Source: a virus
Strand: one strand, 5' to 3'
IMG/VR virus record: IMGVR_UViG_3300032236_000548
Coordinates: 32,001 to 96,000 of that record
DNA: 64,000 nt
How positions within the stretch are numbered: position 1 is the stretch's first letter; each line of letters opens with the position of its first letter. The notes beneath the pieces were generated by a model. That model saw only the letters and a program-made list of their open reading frames with translations, searched no databases and was not told the DNA's origin. The translations under genes were made by a program, and so were the position numbers. Positions 38,203 through 47,783 of the stretch are shown in pieces.

Positions 38203-40992
38203 ATGTCCTTAAATATTTGGACTAAAGATTCAGGATTTAATTTTGGAAATTATCCCGAAGAGCTGTACATTGATATTGCGTTGCCTGTTGCAGGCGATGA
38301 CGGCGTATCATACAAAGTAATTTCTGGGAAGCTTCCCGGTGGGCTGAGAATCTCTGGGAATCACATTGTAGGAAATCCTTACATTGTAGCAAATAATACA
38401 AGTTTTAATTTTTGTATTAGAGCTACAAAAGGTGTACTTATTAGTGACCGCAGTTTCTTTATTGTAATTACTGGAAATAATCAACCACACTTTGTTGATT
38501 TACCAGGCGATTTACCTATTGGGCCTGCAAAACAATTATATGTACTAGACAGCACCCACGTTAGCTATCAGATCGAAGCGTTTGATTTAAACGTTGCGGC
38601 TGGACAGACTTTAACATATTTTATCGGAAGCGACGACGGTGCATTGCCTAAAGGTGTTACACTAAGTCCGTCAGGATTGATAAGTGGGTTTATTGAGCCA
38701 ACTGTTAAAATTACACCCAAAGATGGTAACGGTACTTACGACAATAGTTACTTTGATGCTGTAGTTTATGATTTTGCTACATTACCAACTGACGGGTTTG
38801 ATAGCTATCAGTATGACGATGTATTTTATGACTTTAACTTAGCGTCAGCACCTCCCACAACCTTAAACGTAAACTACCAATTCCGTGTTACATTAACAGA
38901 CGGTGTAAATTACGCTCAACGAATTTTTAAAATATTTGTAGTTGGAACAGATCAGTTTAGAGCTGACAGTACTACATTTGACAGCATGGTAAACGGGTTT
39001 ACCAGCGATGTAACATATCTAAGAGCACCAGTTTGGATTACTAATTCAGATTTAGGAACTCATAGAGCAAACAATTATCTGACTGTTCCTATTGCCCTAT
39101 ATGATAACTTAGATGTTATTTTTAGATTAGAGCCAACAAATAAAGAAGTGTATGCTGTAAGTTATCAAGTAGAAAGTACAGATAATAATCCAGGTATTAC
39201 ATTTAACGGAACACTTACACAAAATAATGCTATAGTAACTAATGTAACAAATATTTCATATATTAAAGTTGGTCAAACTATTACTGGATTTAATATTGCA
39301 AGAGGTACTGTTGTTAGTAGTAAAACTAACTCAACCATTACCTTATCTATTCCTGCATTAGGTAATGCAACTTTAGCAACATTAACTGCTGGCGGTGACG
39401 AACTTACAGTTACTAATGTTAAGGGAACCATTGAAGTAGGACAGTTCTTAACATTTGACAACTATTTAGACGGTGCATCTGGAACTATCTATAAAGTTGC
39501 TGCCGTAACTCCTCTTGTAAATAGCGCATACAGAATTAAACTATACAGTTTATTAGAATTAAATATTCCAAACGGAGTGCCGTTTTATCTTGGAACTCTA
39601 AGCAAACTGCCTACTGGGGTTGAGTTTGATCCTGGAACTGGTGACATATACGGTCAGTTGCCGTATCAGCCGGCAATTACCACTAGCTATGAATTTACTA
39701 TTACTGCTACACGTATCGGTGATAAGATTACCGAATCATTAAATGCTAGTAAGACTTTTACTATTAGTGTATTAGGAGATATCGATAGTGTAATTTCGTG
39801 GAATACTCCTGCTAACCTAGGAACTATACCAGCAAACTATATTTGCAATCTTGCAGTTAGCGCATCGACAACTGTTCCAGATGCTGTAGTGCTTTACGAA
39901 TTGATCGGTGGAAAATTGCCTCCAGGATTAACATTAAACCTTGATGGCGAAATTATCGGTACAACAAATCAGTATTATAACACAATTACAAAAGTTTCTG
40001 GTCTAACTACTTTTGATAATGGTCACATGACCTTTGATCAAAATACTAGTACTATCGACAGAGTGTTTGTTGCCACTATTAAAGCAAGAGATCAATTTAA
40101 CTTTAGTGCTATAACTAGAGACTTTACAATTACAATAACTACACCAAATGCTGTTGCATATAGTAATATTGTAACTCGCCCATATTTAAAATTAGATCAA
40201 AGAGTGGTATGGAAATCATTTATCAATGATAGTTCTATCTTTACTCCTGGTAGTATATATAGAACAAACGACCCAAGTTTTGGTTTGCAGTCAGATTTAA
40301 AAATGCTTGTATATGCAGGTGTTCAAACACAAGTGGCGGCCGCATACGTTGGCGCAATGGGACTAAACTTTAAACGTAAACGTTTTCAATTTGGTAGTGT
40401 CGAGAAAGCTATTGCTATCGATCCTAATACTGGAAATAGTGTTTATGAAGTTGTATATGTTCAAATGGTAGATCCTAAAGAACCACACGGAAAACATTTG
40501 CCGCTTAAGATAACAACTCGATTTGGAACAGAATCTGATAAGATTACTGCTGATAATAGTACTAACTACTTTAGACAAGACTTGGAAGATTTAAATGCAA
40601 ACGCACCAACTAGCGGTCCAGACATTCCAGTATTGACTGTTGATAGTACTGGGTATGAAGTAAGCAATCCTAACCCAGATACATACTTTCCAAACAGTAT
40701 TACTAACTGGCAAACAAGATTAAGCGGCGTAGGGTTATCAGAACGTAACTATTTGCCGCTCTGGATGCGAAGTGTTCCAGCAGGGCAAAAGCAACAATTA
40801 GGTTATACCCTGAGCGTACCGCTTTGTTTCTGTAAGCCCGGAACAGCAGATAAGATAATTTTAAACATCAAATACAGTGGTTTTGACTTCAAAGTACTAG
40901 ACTACGAAATAGACAGATTCATAATAGATAATGTCACCGGTCAACAAGGCGATAAATATCTAGTATTCAGAAACGATAGGATAACCGTATGA
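38203..40992 (+). CDS. baseplate wedge-like protein with putative Ig-like repeats
   Basis: Repeated G.LP.GL.L...G.I.G units; C-terminal YLPLWMRS...FDFK.LDYEIDRFIID. Confidence 0.7.
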   Translation: MSLNIWTKDSGFNFGNYPEELYIDIALPVAGDDGVSYKVISGKLPGGLRISGNHIVGNPYIVANNTSFNFCIRATKGVLISDRSFFIVITGNNQPHFVDLPGDLPIGPAKQLYVLDSTHVSYQIEAFDLNVAAGQTLTYFIGSDDGALPKGVTLSPSGLISGFIEPTVKITPKDGNGTYDNSYFDAVVYDFATLPTDGFDSYQYDDVFYDFNLASAPPTTLNVNYQFRVTLTDGVNYAQRIFKIFVVGTDQFRADSTTFDSMVNGFTSDVTYLRAPVWITNSDLGTHRANNYLTVPIALYDNLDVIFRLEPTNKEVYAVSYQVESTDNNPGITFNGTLTQNNAIVTNVTNISYIKVGQTITGFNIARGTVVSSKTNSTITLSIPALGNATLATLTAGGDELTVTNVKGTIEVGQFLTFDNYLDGASGTIYKVAAVTPLVNSAYRIKLYSLLELNIPNGVPFYLGTLSKLPTGVEFDPGTGDIYGQLPYQPAITTSYEFTITATRIGDKITESLNASKTFTISVLGDIDSVISWNTPANLGTIPANYICNLAVSASTTVPDAVVLYELIGGKLPPGLTLNLDGEIIGTTNQYYNTITKVSGLTTFDNGHMTFDQNTSTIDRVFVATIKARDQFNFSAITRDFTITITTPNAVAYSNIVTRPYLKLDQRVVWKSFINDSSIFTPGSIYRTNDPSFGLQSDLKMLVYAGVQTQVAAAYVGAMGLNFKRKRFQFGSVEKAIAIDPNTGNSVYEVVYVQMVDPKEPHGKHLPLKITTRFGTESDKITADNSTNYFRQDLEDLNANAPTSGPDIPVLTVDSTGYEVSNPNPDTYFPNSITNWQTRLSGVGLSERNYLPLWMRSVPAGQKQQLGYTLSVPLCFCKPGTADKIILNIKYSGFDFKVLDYEIDRFIIDNVTGQQGDKYLVFRNDRITV

Positions 40993-41588
40993 CAAGTAAT
41001 ATAAACTATGCCGCAATTAGCACCACTTACCCTGTAGCAGGACAGGATAACGATAGCCAAGGATTCCGTGATAATTTCACAGCAATTTCAGCTGGGCTTG
41101 CTACTGCGAAAAATGAAATTAGTGCATTACAAACTAACAGTTTATTAGCTGTTGATTTAGCTACTAGTACAAATCCAGTAGTAAACAATATGTTAGGCAG
41201 TACACTTAGAAACGGTTTATATGTTCAATTCAACGGTGTATTTTTTAACGGGGGTACAGTTTCCACTAGTGCCGATGTTAACCTAAACAACGGTCCTATA
41301 CAACAATTTACCGCTAGCGGCAACATCACTTTAACATTTAAAAACTGGCCAACTAGTGGCCAATATGCTGTTGTCCGTGTTATGCTAATCGGTGATCAGC
41401 AAAGTACAAGAACTGTAACACTAGCAACATCTAATGCAGGGTTAATTAAACCAGCAACAGGTTGGGCAAACGGAAGTAGTCTACCAGCTACTGTAACTTT
41501 AGGTACTAATGGCAAGTATGAAGTTATTGAAGCATGGACTGTAGACGCAGGCGCTCACGTATTCCTTAAAGCAATAGGCGAATACTAA
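40989..41588 (+). CDS. structural protein (baseplate/tail)
   Basis: YPVAGQDNDSQGFRDNF..I...L..A..EI..LQ N-terminus; TAAATA at 40953. Confidence 0.65.
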   Translation: MTSNINYAAISTTYPVAGQDNDSQGFRDNFTAISAGLATAKNEISALQTNSLLAVDLATSTNPVVNNMLGSTLRNGLYVQFNGVFFNGGTVSTSADVNLNNGPIQQFTASGNITLTFKNWPTSGQYAVVRVMLIGDQQSTRTVTLATSNAGLIKPATGWANGSSLPATVTLGTNGKYEVIEAWTVDAGAHVFLKAIGEY

Positions 41589-41818
41589 TGCATCCTTTAG
41601 CCGGTGATTTGAGTCCGCTCAAAGATTCTGAACTTGAAGAAAAAATCCAGAGTCTGACTAAAAAGTATTTTATGACTGGCAACTTTGATGTGAAAAATCA
41701 AATAGCCGGATTATTAGAAGATTACAACGCAGAATTGAGCAGACGCAGAGCGGCGGCCTTAAAGAAATTAATGGATAGTCGCGATAAAAGCCTTGACAAA
41801 CTAATTAAAGTCAACTAA
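41588..41818 (+). CDS. small coiled-coil hypothetical protein
   Basis: 76 aa, TAATG coupling to the previous gene. Confidence 0.7.
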   Translation: MHPLAGDLSPLKDSELEEKIQSLTKKYFMTGNFDVKNQIAGLLEDYNAELSRRRAAALKKLMDSRDKSLDKLIKVN

Positions 41819-41821
41819 AAT
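41793..41821 (+). promoter_or_regulatory. sigma70 promoter, probably giving a leaderless mRNA
   Basis: TTGACA (41793-98), 17 nt, TAAAAT (41816-21); ATG at 41828 with no SD. Confidence 0.7.
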
Positions 41822-41827
41822 GTTGAC

Positions 41828-42337
41828 ATGCGACTAGACAAATTCGGTAATCCTATTTTTAATTCAATTGATATATTCAAAGCCTTATATACAGGCAAGC
41901 TAACCAGCATCAAAGATATCACTGTAGACTATAACGAAGATATTGAAAAGTTAGAAGAAACTGCTGGTTTTACTTTTCAACGATTCAATGATCAATTAGA
42001 CTCTATATCTGTCGAAGATTTTGATCAAGCACTTCAGTGCGATTGGTTTATGCCTCCAGAATACAGAGACTTTGATGTAGAAGAATACTGTATTAGTAGG
42101 TGTACTACTGACGAACAAAAACAACGTGTTTTTGACGAAATGGAAGAATACCAAGCTCGGGGAATGATACCTTTACTTCAATGGACTAAACACTTTGTAG
42201 ATACTTGCACTGAAAACGGTATTGTCTGGGGTGTAGGACGTGGCTCTAGCGTAGCAAGTTTTGTACTGTTTTTACTAGGCGTACATCAAATAGATTCAGT
42301 CAAATATAATTTAGACTGGCAGGAATTCCTGAGATAA
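41828..42337 (+). CDS. DNA polymerase III alpha (DnaE)-like fragment
   Basis: GIVWGVGRGSSVASFVLFLLGVHQIDSVKYNLDWQEFL matches the DnaE G.GRGS..GS.V.Y.LGIT..DP..Y.L.FERFL segment; only 169 aa. Confidence 0.8.
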   Translation: MRLDKFGNPIFNSIDIFKALYTGKLTSIKDITVDYNEDIEKLEETAGFTFQRFNDQLDSISVEDFDQALQCDWFMPPEYRDFDVEEYCISRCTTDEQKQRVFDEMEEYQARGMIPLLQWTKHFVDTCTENGIVWGVGRGSSVASFVLFLLGVHQIDSVKYNLDWQEFLR

Positions 42338-42364
42338 GTAATAGTATAATCCAAGGAGAGTTAT

Positions 42365-42670
42365 ATGGCTCAAAAAGAACAACAAAGACAAGTTTATCGC
42401 AGTGCTCGCGGTAAGGAAGTTGATTTAAATAAATTAATTTCTAAAAATGAGCTTACTATTGCTGTAGGCAATATGGGTGTAAATGCTCGCGGAGATAAAA
42501 TTGGCCCAGGTGGCAAAATTATTCCTAAAGCACAACTTCAAGGTAGCAATCAGGACATTCCTAATCAAATTAATGTTCCAGAAGTAGTAGAACCTGTAGC
42601 ATCTGCTCCAGCTACTCCAGCCCAAAAAGCTAAGAACATTGCAAGCATGGATCCGGAAGGCAACGAATGA
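42365..42670 (+). CDS. hypothetical phage protein
   Basis: AGGAG SD; YRSARGKEVD...AVGNM.VNARGD.IG.GG. Confidence 0.75.
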   Translation: MAQKEQQRQVYRSARGKEVDLNKLISKNELTIAVGNMGVNARGDKIGPGGKIIPKAQLQGSNQDIPNQINVPEVVEPVASAPATPAQKAKNIASMDPEGNE

Positions 42671-43062
42671 ACGTAGTACAAGGCAAGATTATTCCAATTC
42701 GTGACAATGTATTAGTCACAGATATGAACTTCGATGCACGTACGACAGCAGGAGGAATTATTCTGCAAAGCGATGACGGCAAAAGCGAAGGTATTCGTCA
42801 CCGTTGGGGACGAGTATGGGCTATCGGGCCAGCACAGCAAGATGTCAAAGTAGGTGAATGGATTCTTGTTGAACACGGTCGTTGGACTCGAGGAGTTACT
42901 GTAGTAGATGAAAATGGAGACGAAATTGTCATTCGTCGAATTGACCTTAATGCAATCTTAATGGTAACCGACGAAGAACCAGGCGATAATACTTACGGCT
43001 ATCATAGCCAAGTACAACATGCAACATTCGATCCAGGTTCATTTATGCGTCCATCGTTTTAA
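42667..43062 (+). CDS. groES: GroES-like co-chaperonin
   Basis: PIRDNVLV...TAGGIIL...G.V.AIGP...VKVGE.IL. Confidence 0.85.
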   Translation: MNVVQGKIIPIRDNVLVTDMNFDARTTAGGIILQSDDGKSEGIRHRWGRVWAIGPAQQDVKVGEWILVEHGRWTRGVTVVDENGDEIVIRRIDLNAILMVTDEEPGDNTYGYHSQVQHATFDPGSFMRPSF

Positions 43063-43080
43063 ATTTTAATGATTCGAGTA

Positions 43081-43106
43081 ACAGGGCTATTGACTAGCCC
43101 TGTTTT
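43081..43106 (+). terminator. intrinsic terminator overlapping a sigma70 promoter
   Basis: ACAGGGCTA-ttgac-TAGCCCTGT followed by TTT; TTGACT (43090-95), 17 nt, TACAAT (43113-18). Confidence 0.7.
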
Positions 43107-43136
43107 CACCTGTACAATAGAGAAAAGGAGAATCAT

Positions 43137-43280
43137 ATGGGCTTTGTCTTAGAAATAGTAGTGCTATTAGCTTCGTTGTACTATGCTAAAGAAGAATACG
43201 ACAATCAACGAATCGGATATGCCATGCTGTGGGCAAGTCTTGTTGGTTGGAACTTACACACAATATTAGGAACGCTATGA
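43137..43280 (+). CDS. 47-aa two-TM membrane peptide (missing from the ORF track)
   Basis: AAGGAG SD; MGFVLEIVVLLASLYYAKEEYDNQRIGYAMLWASLVGWNLHTILGTL; ATGA overlap with the clamp loader. Confidence 0.7.
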   Translation: MGFVLEIVVLLASLYYAKEEYDNQRIGYAMLWASLVGWNLHTILGTL

Positions 43281-44191
43281 AAGAATTATGGGTAGAGAAA
43301 TACAGACCGGCAGAGTTAGACGGTTATGTGTTTAAAGATGAACAACAAAAGAGTCAAATTGAAAATTGGATCAAAGACGGAATTATTCCTCACTTGTTGT
43401 TCAGCGGCAATGCTGGTGTAGGTAAAACTACCCTAGCAAAAATTCTAATTAATAAACTGGATGTACAAGAAACCGATGTACTGTATGCAAACGGTTCTAA
43501 AGAAGCACGTAAAGTCGAATGGGTAGACAAACTTATCGGTTTTTGCCAAACAATGCCGTTTGGAGATTTTAAAATTGTCTTAATCGACGAGGCAGACTAC
43601 ATGAACGTAAACTCAGTTCAACCTGCACTACGTAATTTAATGGAAGAATATAGTAACAGCGTAAGATTTATTCTAACTTGTAACTATCCTAACAAACTTA
43701 TTCCAGCTATCCATAGTCGTTGCCAACGTTTACACATTGAAAAAACAGACTTTACTGAATTTACTGCTCGTGCGGCCACTGTACTAGTAAGCGAAAATGT
43801 AGAATTTGATTTAGATACACTAGACACTTATGTTAAAGGTACATATCCAGACTTGCGTAAATGTTTGAACAACTTGCAAATGAACAGTATCGATGGCAAG
43901 TTGATTAGTCCTGAAACTACCGACTCTAGTACTGACTACAGAGTTGACATGGTGGATTTATTCAAGAAGGGTGAGATTAGCAAAGCACGTAAACTAGTTT
44001 GTAGCCAAGCACTTCCTGAAGAGATGGAAGAAATTTATCGCTGGTTGTATGAAAACGTGAATATTTTCGGCGACGAAGAGAAACAGGATAAGGCAATTCT
44101 TATCATTAAACAAGGTCTTGTAGACCATACACTAGTTAGCGACCCGGAGATTAACCTGGCCGCTACCCTAATTAGATTAGGACATCTTTAA
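43277..44191 (+). CDS. sliding-clamp loader AAA+ subunit (RFC small / T4 gp44-like)
   Basis: WVEKYRP, GNAGVGKTT, IDEAD, FILTCNY and SRC; true start is ATG 43277. Confidence 0.93.
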   Translation: MKELWVEKYRPAELDGYVFKDEQQKSQIENWIKDGIIPHLLFSGNAGVGKTTLAKILINKLDVQETDVLYANGSKEARKVEWVDKLIGFCQTMPFGDFKIVLIDEADYMNVNSVQPALRNLMEEYSNSVRFILTCNYPNKLIPAIHSRCQRLHIEKTDFTEFTARAATVLVSENVEFDLDTLDTYVKGTYPDLRKCLNNLQMNSIDGKLISPETTDSSTDYRVDMVDLFKKGEISKARKLVCSQALPEEMEEIYRWLYENVNIFGDEEKQDKAILIIKQGLVDHTLVSDPEINLAATLIRLGHL

Positions 44192-44214
44192 AAAGGGCCG
44201 CAAGGCCCTTTTTT
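44190..44214. terminator. bidirectional intrinsic terminator
   Basis: AAAAGGGCC-GCAA-GGCCCTTTTTT between convergent genes (GNRA loop). Confidence 0.88.
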
Positions 44215-44932
44215 ATTCTCCATATACAGACAACACCTCCTTCACTGCATTATGGCGTTCGATGTCTTTGGCTTCAAATTGAATGATATCAATATGTTCC
44301 AGATATTCTTTTTGTGCGAGTAGGTTACAGAAATCAATCAGACCATTATCGCTCAATCGGTCTGCTTGTGCTAAATCACCTGTGACTACCATCTTAGAGC
44401 CCTCTCCTAAACGGGTTAGTAGCATCTTCATTTGATTTACTGTTGCGTTTTGCATTTCATCTGCAACGATATATGCGTTTTTAAATGTGCGGCCACGCAT
44501 ATAGGCCAATGGGCTTATCTCGATAACACCTTCCTCTAGCATTTTAGCTATTTCTTTTTGTTGATAATATTCGCCCAAGACATCAAAAATAGGTCTTGTC
44601 CAAGGTGCCATCTTTTCATTTAAGTCACCTGGTAAAAATCCTAAATCTTCGTCTACGGACACGGCGGGTCTTGTCACAACGATCTTGTCAACTTTCCCTT
44701 CCTGAAACATTTTAATTCCGTGTTGTACTGCTAGCATAGTCTTACCCGTGCCTGCTGGACCAATAGCAAGTACTATGCTAGTGGCTTCCTCATACAATTT
44801 CTGGAGATAAAGTTTCTGATTAGCATTACGTGCCTGAATACTGACACGTTGCTTTTTTGCCGGAAGATACGGCTGAAAGTCAATTATGTTAACTTCTGAT
44901 GTAAAACGCTTTTTCACTCGTTGTTTACTCAT
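44213..44932 (-). CDS. phoH: PhoH-like ATPase
   Basis: GPAGTGKT, TRPAV, LGFLPG, PLAYMRGRTF, DEMQN, TGDLAQ.D and DIERH. Confidence 0.95.
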   Translation of the reverse strand: MSKQRVKKRFTSEVNIIDFQPYLPAKKQRVSIQARNANQKLYLQKLYEEATSIVLAIGPAGTGKTMLAVQHGIKMFQEGKVDKIVVTRPAVSVDEDLGFLPGDLNEKMAPWTRPIFDVLGEYYQQKEIAKMLEEGVIEISPLAYMRGRTFKNAYIVADEMQNATVNQMKMLLTRLGEGSKMVVTGDLAQADRLSDNGLIDFCNLLAQKEYLEHIDIIQFEAKDIERHNAVKEVLSVYGE

Positions 44933-45096
44933 CTAGTTGTGCTCCTACTCTACATGGTTAAAGCAGGACTTGTAGTGACCGCCTTTGATAACTACAGAGG
45001 TCCTACACTATTATTTACTGATTTCCTAGAATAATAAAGTGATACGTTATGATTTTAAACCAGCTAAATAAGTATAGAGGATTCTAGGACATTAAC

Positions 45097-45654
45097 ATGC
45101 ACCACGACATTTTAGACGTTATTAAAAACATTGAAGATCTATACGAAAACAACAGTAGTCTAGCTGTTTTAAAGGACTTTGAACGTGTGTTAGACGAAAT
45201 GGATATGTACGTCTACGAGAACTGGGAAGATGGCGAATTAGCTTATGGCCCAAAAGTTGACCGTCACTGGATTACTGCTGGATTTATGTGGGACAAAGAT
45301 AAGATGCCTAACCCAATTGCCGCCAAGCGTTTGACAGAGTTAGGCTGTAAAGTTACGTATCAAAAGAGTCATTTACTAGAACCACGCAAGATTCGCACAC
45401 ACGAAGATATTCGTCCTAATAGTAAAAAAGGAAAGTTAGATCGCAAGCCTATATGGATTGTAGAAATCACTATGCCTAAGAAAGTAGCCTTTGATATGTA
45501 TAAAGGCTACATGGACAAAATGAAAAACGAAAATAAAGACACTGGTGCACCTACAGGAGGCGACGGAGCTCCAGCACCAGGAGGAGCAGCCGCACCAGCC
45601 GCACCGGCAGCACCAGCAGGCGGTGGAGCAAATCCAGCTGCCGCACCAGCATAA
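45097..45654 (+). CDS. hypothetical phage protein with a Pro/Ala tail
   Basis: 185 aa; TAAATA at 45065-70. Confidence 0.8.
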   Translation: MHHDILDVIKNIEDLYENNSSLAVLKDFERVLDEMDMYVYENWEDGELAYGPKVDRHWITAGFMWDKDKMPNPIAAKRLTELGCKVTYQKSHLLEPRKIRTHEDIRPNSKKGKLDRKPIWIVEITMPKKVAFDMYKGYMDKMKNENKDTGAPTGGDGAPAPGGAAAPAAPAAPAGGGANPAAAPA

Positions 45655-45664
45655 GGAATATAGC

Positions 45665-46387
45665 ATGAGTTTACGTGCGGATGATTTAAGAGACCTAGTC
45701 AAAAAAGTTTTTGAGATAGATAGCTATCAAAGCAAACTAGGCAATGACGCAGATGTTTGTGTACTAAGTTTCACTGTTGACGAACAAGATCCTGCTAAGG
45801 ATTTAGAAAACTTTATTGAAATGGGTTATGCATTTGTGCTTGATGCAGATGTGACTCCCGGAGAATTAGACGACGGGAAGTATAGAGTCTATGTTGAATT
45901 AGAACGCACACGTCACTTACCTGAACAAATTTCTGAAATCATTGAAGGTGTTAAAAAAGTATCAGGCTTAGAAGATATGCGTTTCAGATATTTTAAAAGT
46001 TTCAAAAGCATTCCAGCTACTGAAGAAAATTTAAGATTATCTGTTCCAAAGAATAAAAACGAATACGAAGAAATTACTCAAAGAAATAAGCTAGACAATT
46101 TTAGCAACTTCTTTAGCAATAGTTATGCAGACAGTTTAGATGTAATGGAAGAAAGCATTACATTTAAAAGACCATACAGTGGTCCTGTCTCATTTAATAT
46201 CTTAGATAGCGGTAGTAAACGTGATATCTATGATAGCATTAAGGGTCCTATCTTTTTAGAAAGCAAGGACATGGCCGAAGTAATGTTCCTAACTAAAATT
46301 ATTGGTAACTATAACATTACTAAAATTGGCAATAAATTTATATTTGAAAACAGCGGCTGGGCCGTTGCACTTGAAAGGAAAGCATAA
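45665..46387 (+). CDS. hypothetical phage protein
   Basis: Start MSLRADDL at 45665 after an AAGGA SD (track start is overextended). Confidence 0.8.
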   Translation: MSLRADDLRDLVKKVFEIDSYQSKLGNDADVCVLSFTVDEQDPAKDLENFIEMGYAFVLDADVTPGELDDGKYRVYVELERTRHLPEQISEIIEGVKKVSGLEDMRFRYFKSFKSIPATEENLRLSVPKNKNEYEEITQRNKLDNFSNFFSNSYADSLDVMEESITFKRPYSGPVSFNILDSGSKRDIYDSIKGPIFLESKDMAEVMFLTKIIGNYNITKIGNKFIFENSGWAVALERKA

Positions 46388-47019
46388 TGGCATCGGAATT
46401 TACATTTAATTTTACAGCAGACAAGTTAGCGGCTTGTTTACCAGGTAATCAATACATTGAACACTGGCACGAAGCATTATCAAAAATTCTTCCTGATTAT
46501 GATATCAATACTCCGCAACGTGTTGGTGCATTTCTAGCACAAACAGCACACGAGTCTGGCGGATACAAAGCTCTTAAAGAGAACTTGAACTATCGTGCAG
46601 AAACATTGATGAAAGTTTGGCCACGATATTTCCCTAGCATGGATGTTGCTAATCAATACGCACACAATCAAGAAGCTATTGCAAACCGTGCATACGCTAA
46701 TCGTATGGGCAACGGTGACGAGGCAAGCGGTGACGGTTTCCGTTATTGCGGTCGTGGACTTATTCAGTTGACTGGTAAGTCTAATTATCAACGTTTTGCA
46801 GAAAGTATTGAAACACCAGTAGAAGAAATTCCAGATTTCTTAGCTACATTTGAAGGTGCAATCCAATCAGCTTGCTGGTTCTGGGAAACAAATAACCTAA
46901 ATGATTTTGCAGATACCGGAGACATTTTAACAATGACTAAGCGTATCAACGGTGGCACTTTAGGATTAGCAGAACGTCAACAGCACTATCAACACTTCAT
47001 GCAAATTCTTCAGAGTTAA
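46387..47019 (+). CDS. endolysin, glycoside hydrolase family 19
   Basis: FLAQTAHESGG, ENLNY, GDGFRYCGRGLIQLTGKSNY, SACWFW and TKRINGG. Confidence 0.92.
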   Translation: MASEFTFNFTADKLAACLPGNQYIEHWHEALSKILPDYDINTPQRVGAFLAQTAHESGGYKALKENLNYRAETLMKVWPRYFPSMDVANQYAHNQEAIANRAYANRMGNGDEASGDGFRYCGRGLIQLTGKSNYQRFAESIETPVEEIPDFLATFEGAIQSACWFWETNNLNDFADTGDILTMTKRINGGTLGLAERQQHYQHFMQILQS

Positions 47020-47021
47020 TC

Positions 47022-47492
47022 ATGGGACAGATAGAGTGGATGCTTAGTATAATACCTGATGCGGTATTAAACTGGTTTTACTGGGGTGTTATTGCTTTAG
47101 GGTTTTCTGGACTTGTAGCCGGATGGTTAGGCAAGTGGATTCCAGTGTACGGAAAGTATGCTCAGTTTCTAAAACCTATTGGTATTGCATTACTTGTAGT
47201 AGGTGTGTGGTTGCGCGGCGGCTACGATACAGAAATGGCATGGAGAGCTAAGGTCAAAGAGGCGCAAGCCAAAGTAGCCAAGGCAGAAGAAGCCAGCAAA
47301 GATGCTAATGCAAAACTAACAGAAGAACGCGGTAAAAAAGCTAAAGTTAGAACAGAATACATTACTACTGTTAAAGAGCGTATTGTAAAAGATACACAAA
47401 TTATCGATGCAGAATGTAAGGTTGCTCCTGAAGCAATTAAAGATCTTAACGATGCCGCAATTAATCCTACTAAAAAGGAGGTTGCAAAATGA
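47022..47492 (+). CDS. i-spanin (Rz-like)
   Basis: N-terminal TM segments, coiled-coil body and a C-terminal Cys; directly after the endolysin and overlapping a lipoprotein gene. Confidence 0.7.
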   Translation: MGQIEWMLSIIPDAVLNWFYWGVIALGFSGLVAGWLGKWIPVYGKYAQFLKPIGIALLVVGVWLRGGYDTEMAWRAKVKEAQAKVAKAEEASKDANAKLTEERGKKAKVRTEYITTVKERIVKDTQIIDAECKVAPEAIKDLNDAAINPTKKEVAK

Positions 47493-47752
47493 ACCGACTT
47501 ATATTAATAGGCGTGTTGTTACTGTCAGGGTGTGCATCATCTGTTCCAGTAGCAATGAAATTCCCTGAAGTTCCAGCAGACATGCTAGTAGCTTGCCCTG
47601 ATTTAAAATTAGCGCCGGATACTACTAAATTAAGCGAAGTACTTCCAGTTGTAGCGGACAACTATGGGCAATATTATAGCTGTAAAGACAACACAGACAG
47701 CTGGATAGAATGGTATAATACCCAAAAGAAGATATTTGACAGCGTGAAATAA
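47489..47752 (+). CDS. o-spanin (Rz1-like lipoprotein)
   Basis: Lipobox LLLSGC, then a Pro-rich segment with two more Cys. Confidence 0.78.
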   Translation: MNRLILIGVLLLSGCASSVPVAMKFPEVPADMLVACPDLKLAPDTTKLSEVLPVVADNYGQYYSCKDNTDSWIEWYNTQKKIFDSVK

Positions 47753-47783
47753 ATACGTATATAACAGCCAAAAGGAGCGAACT

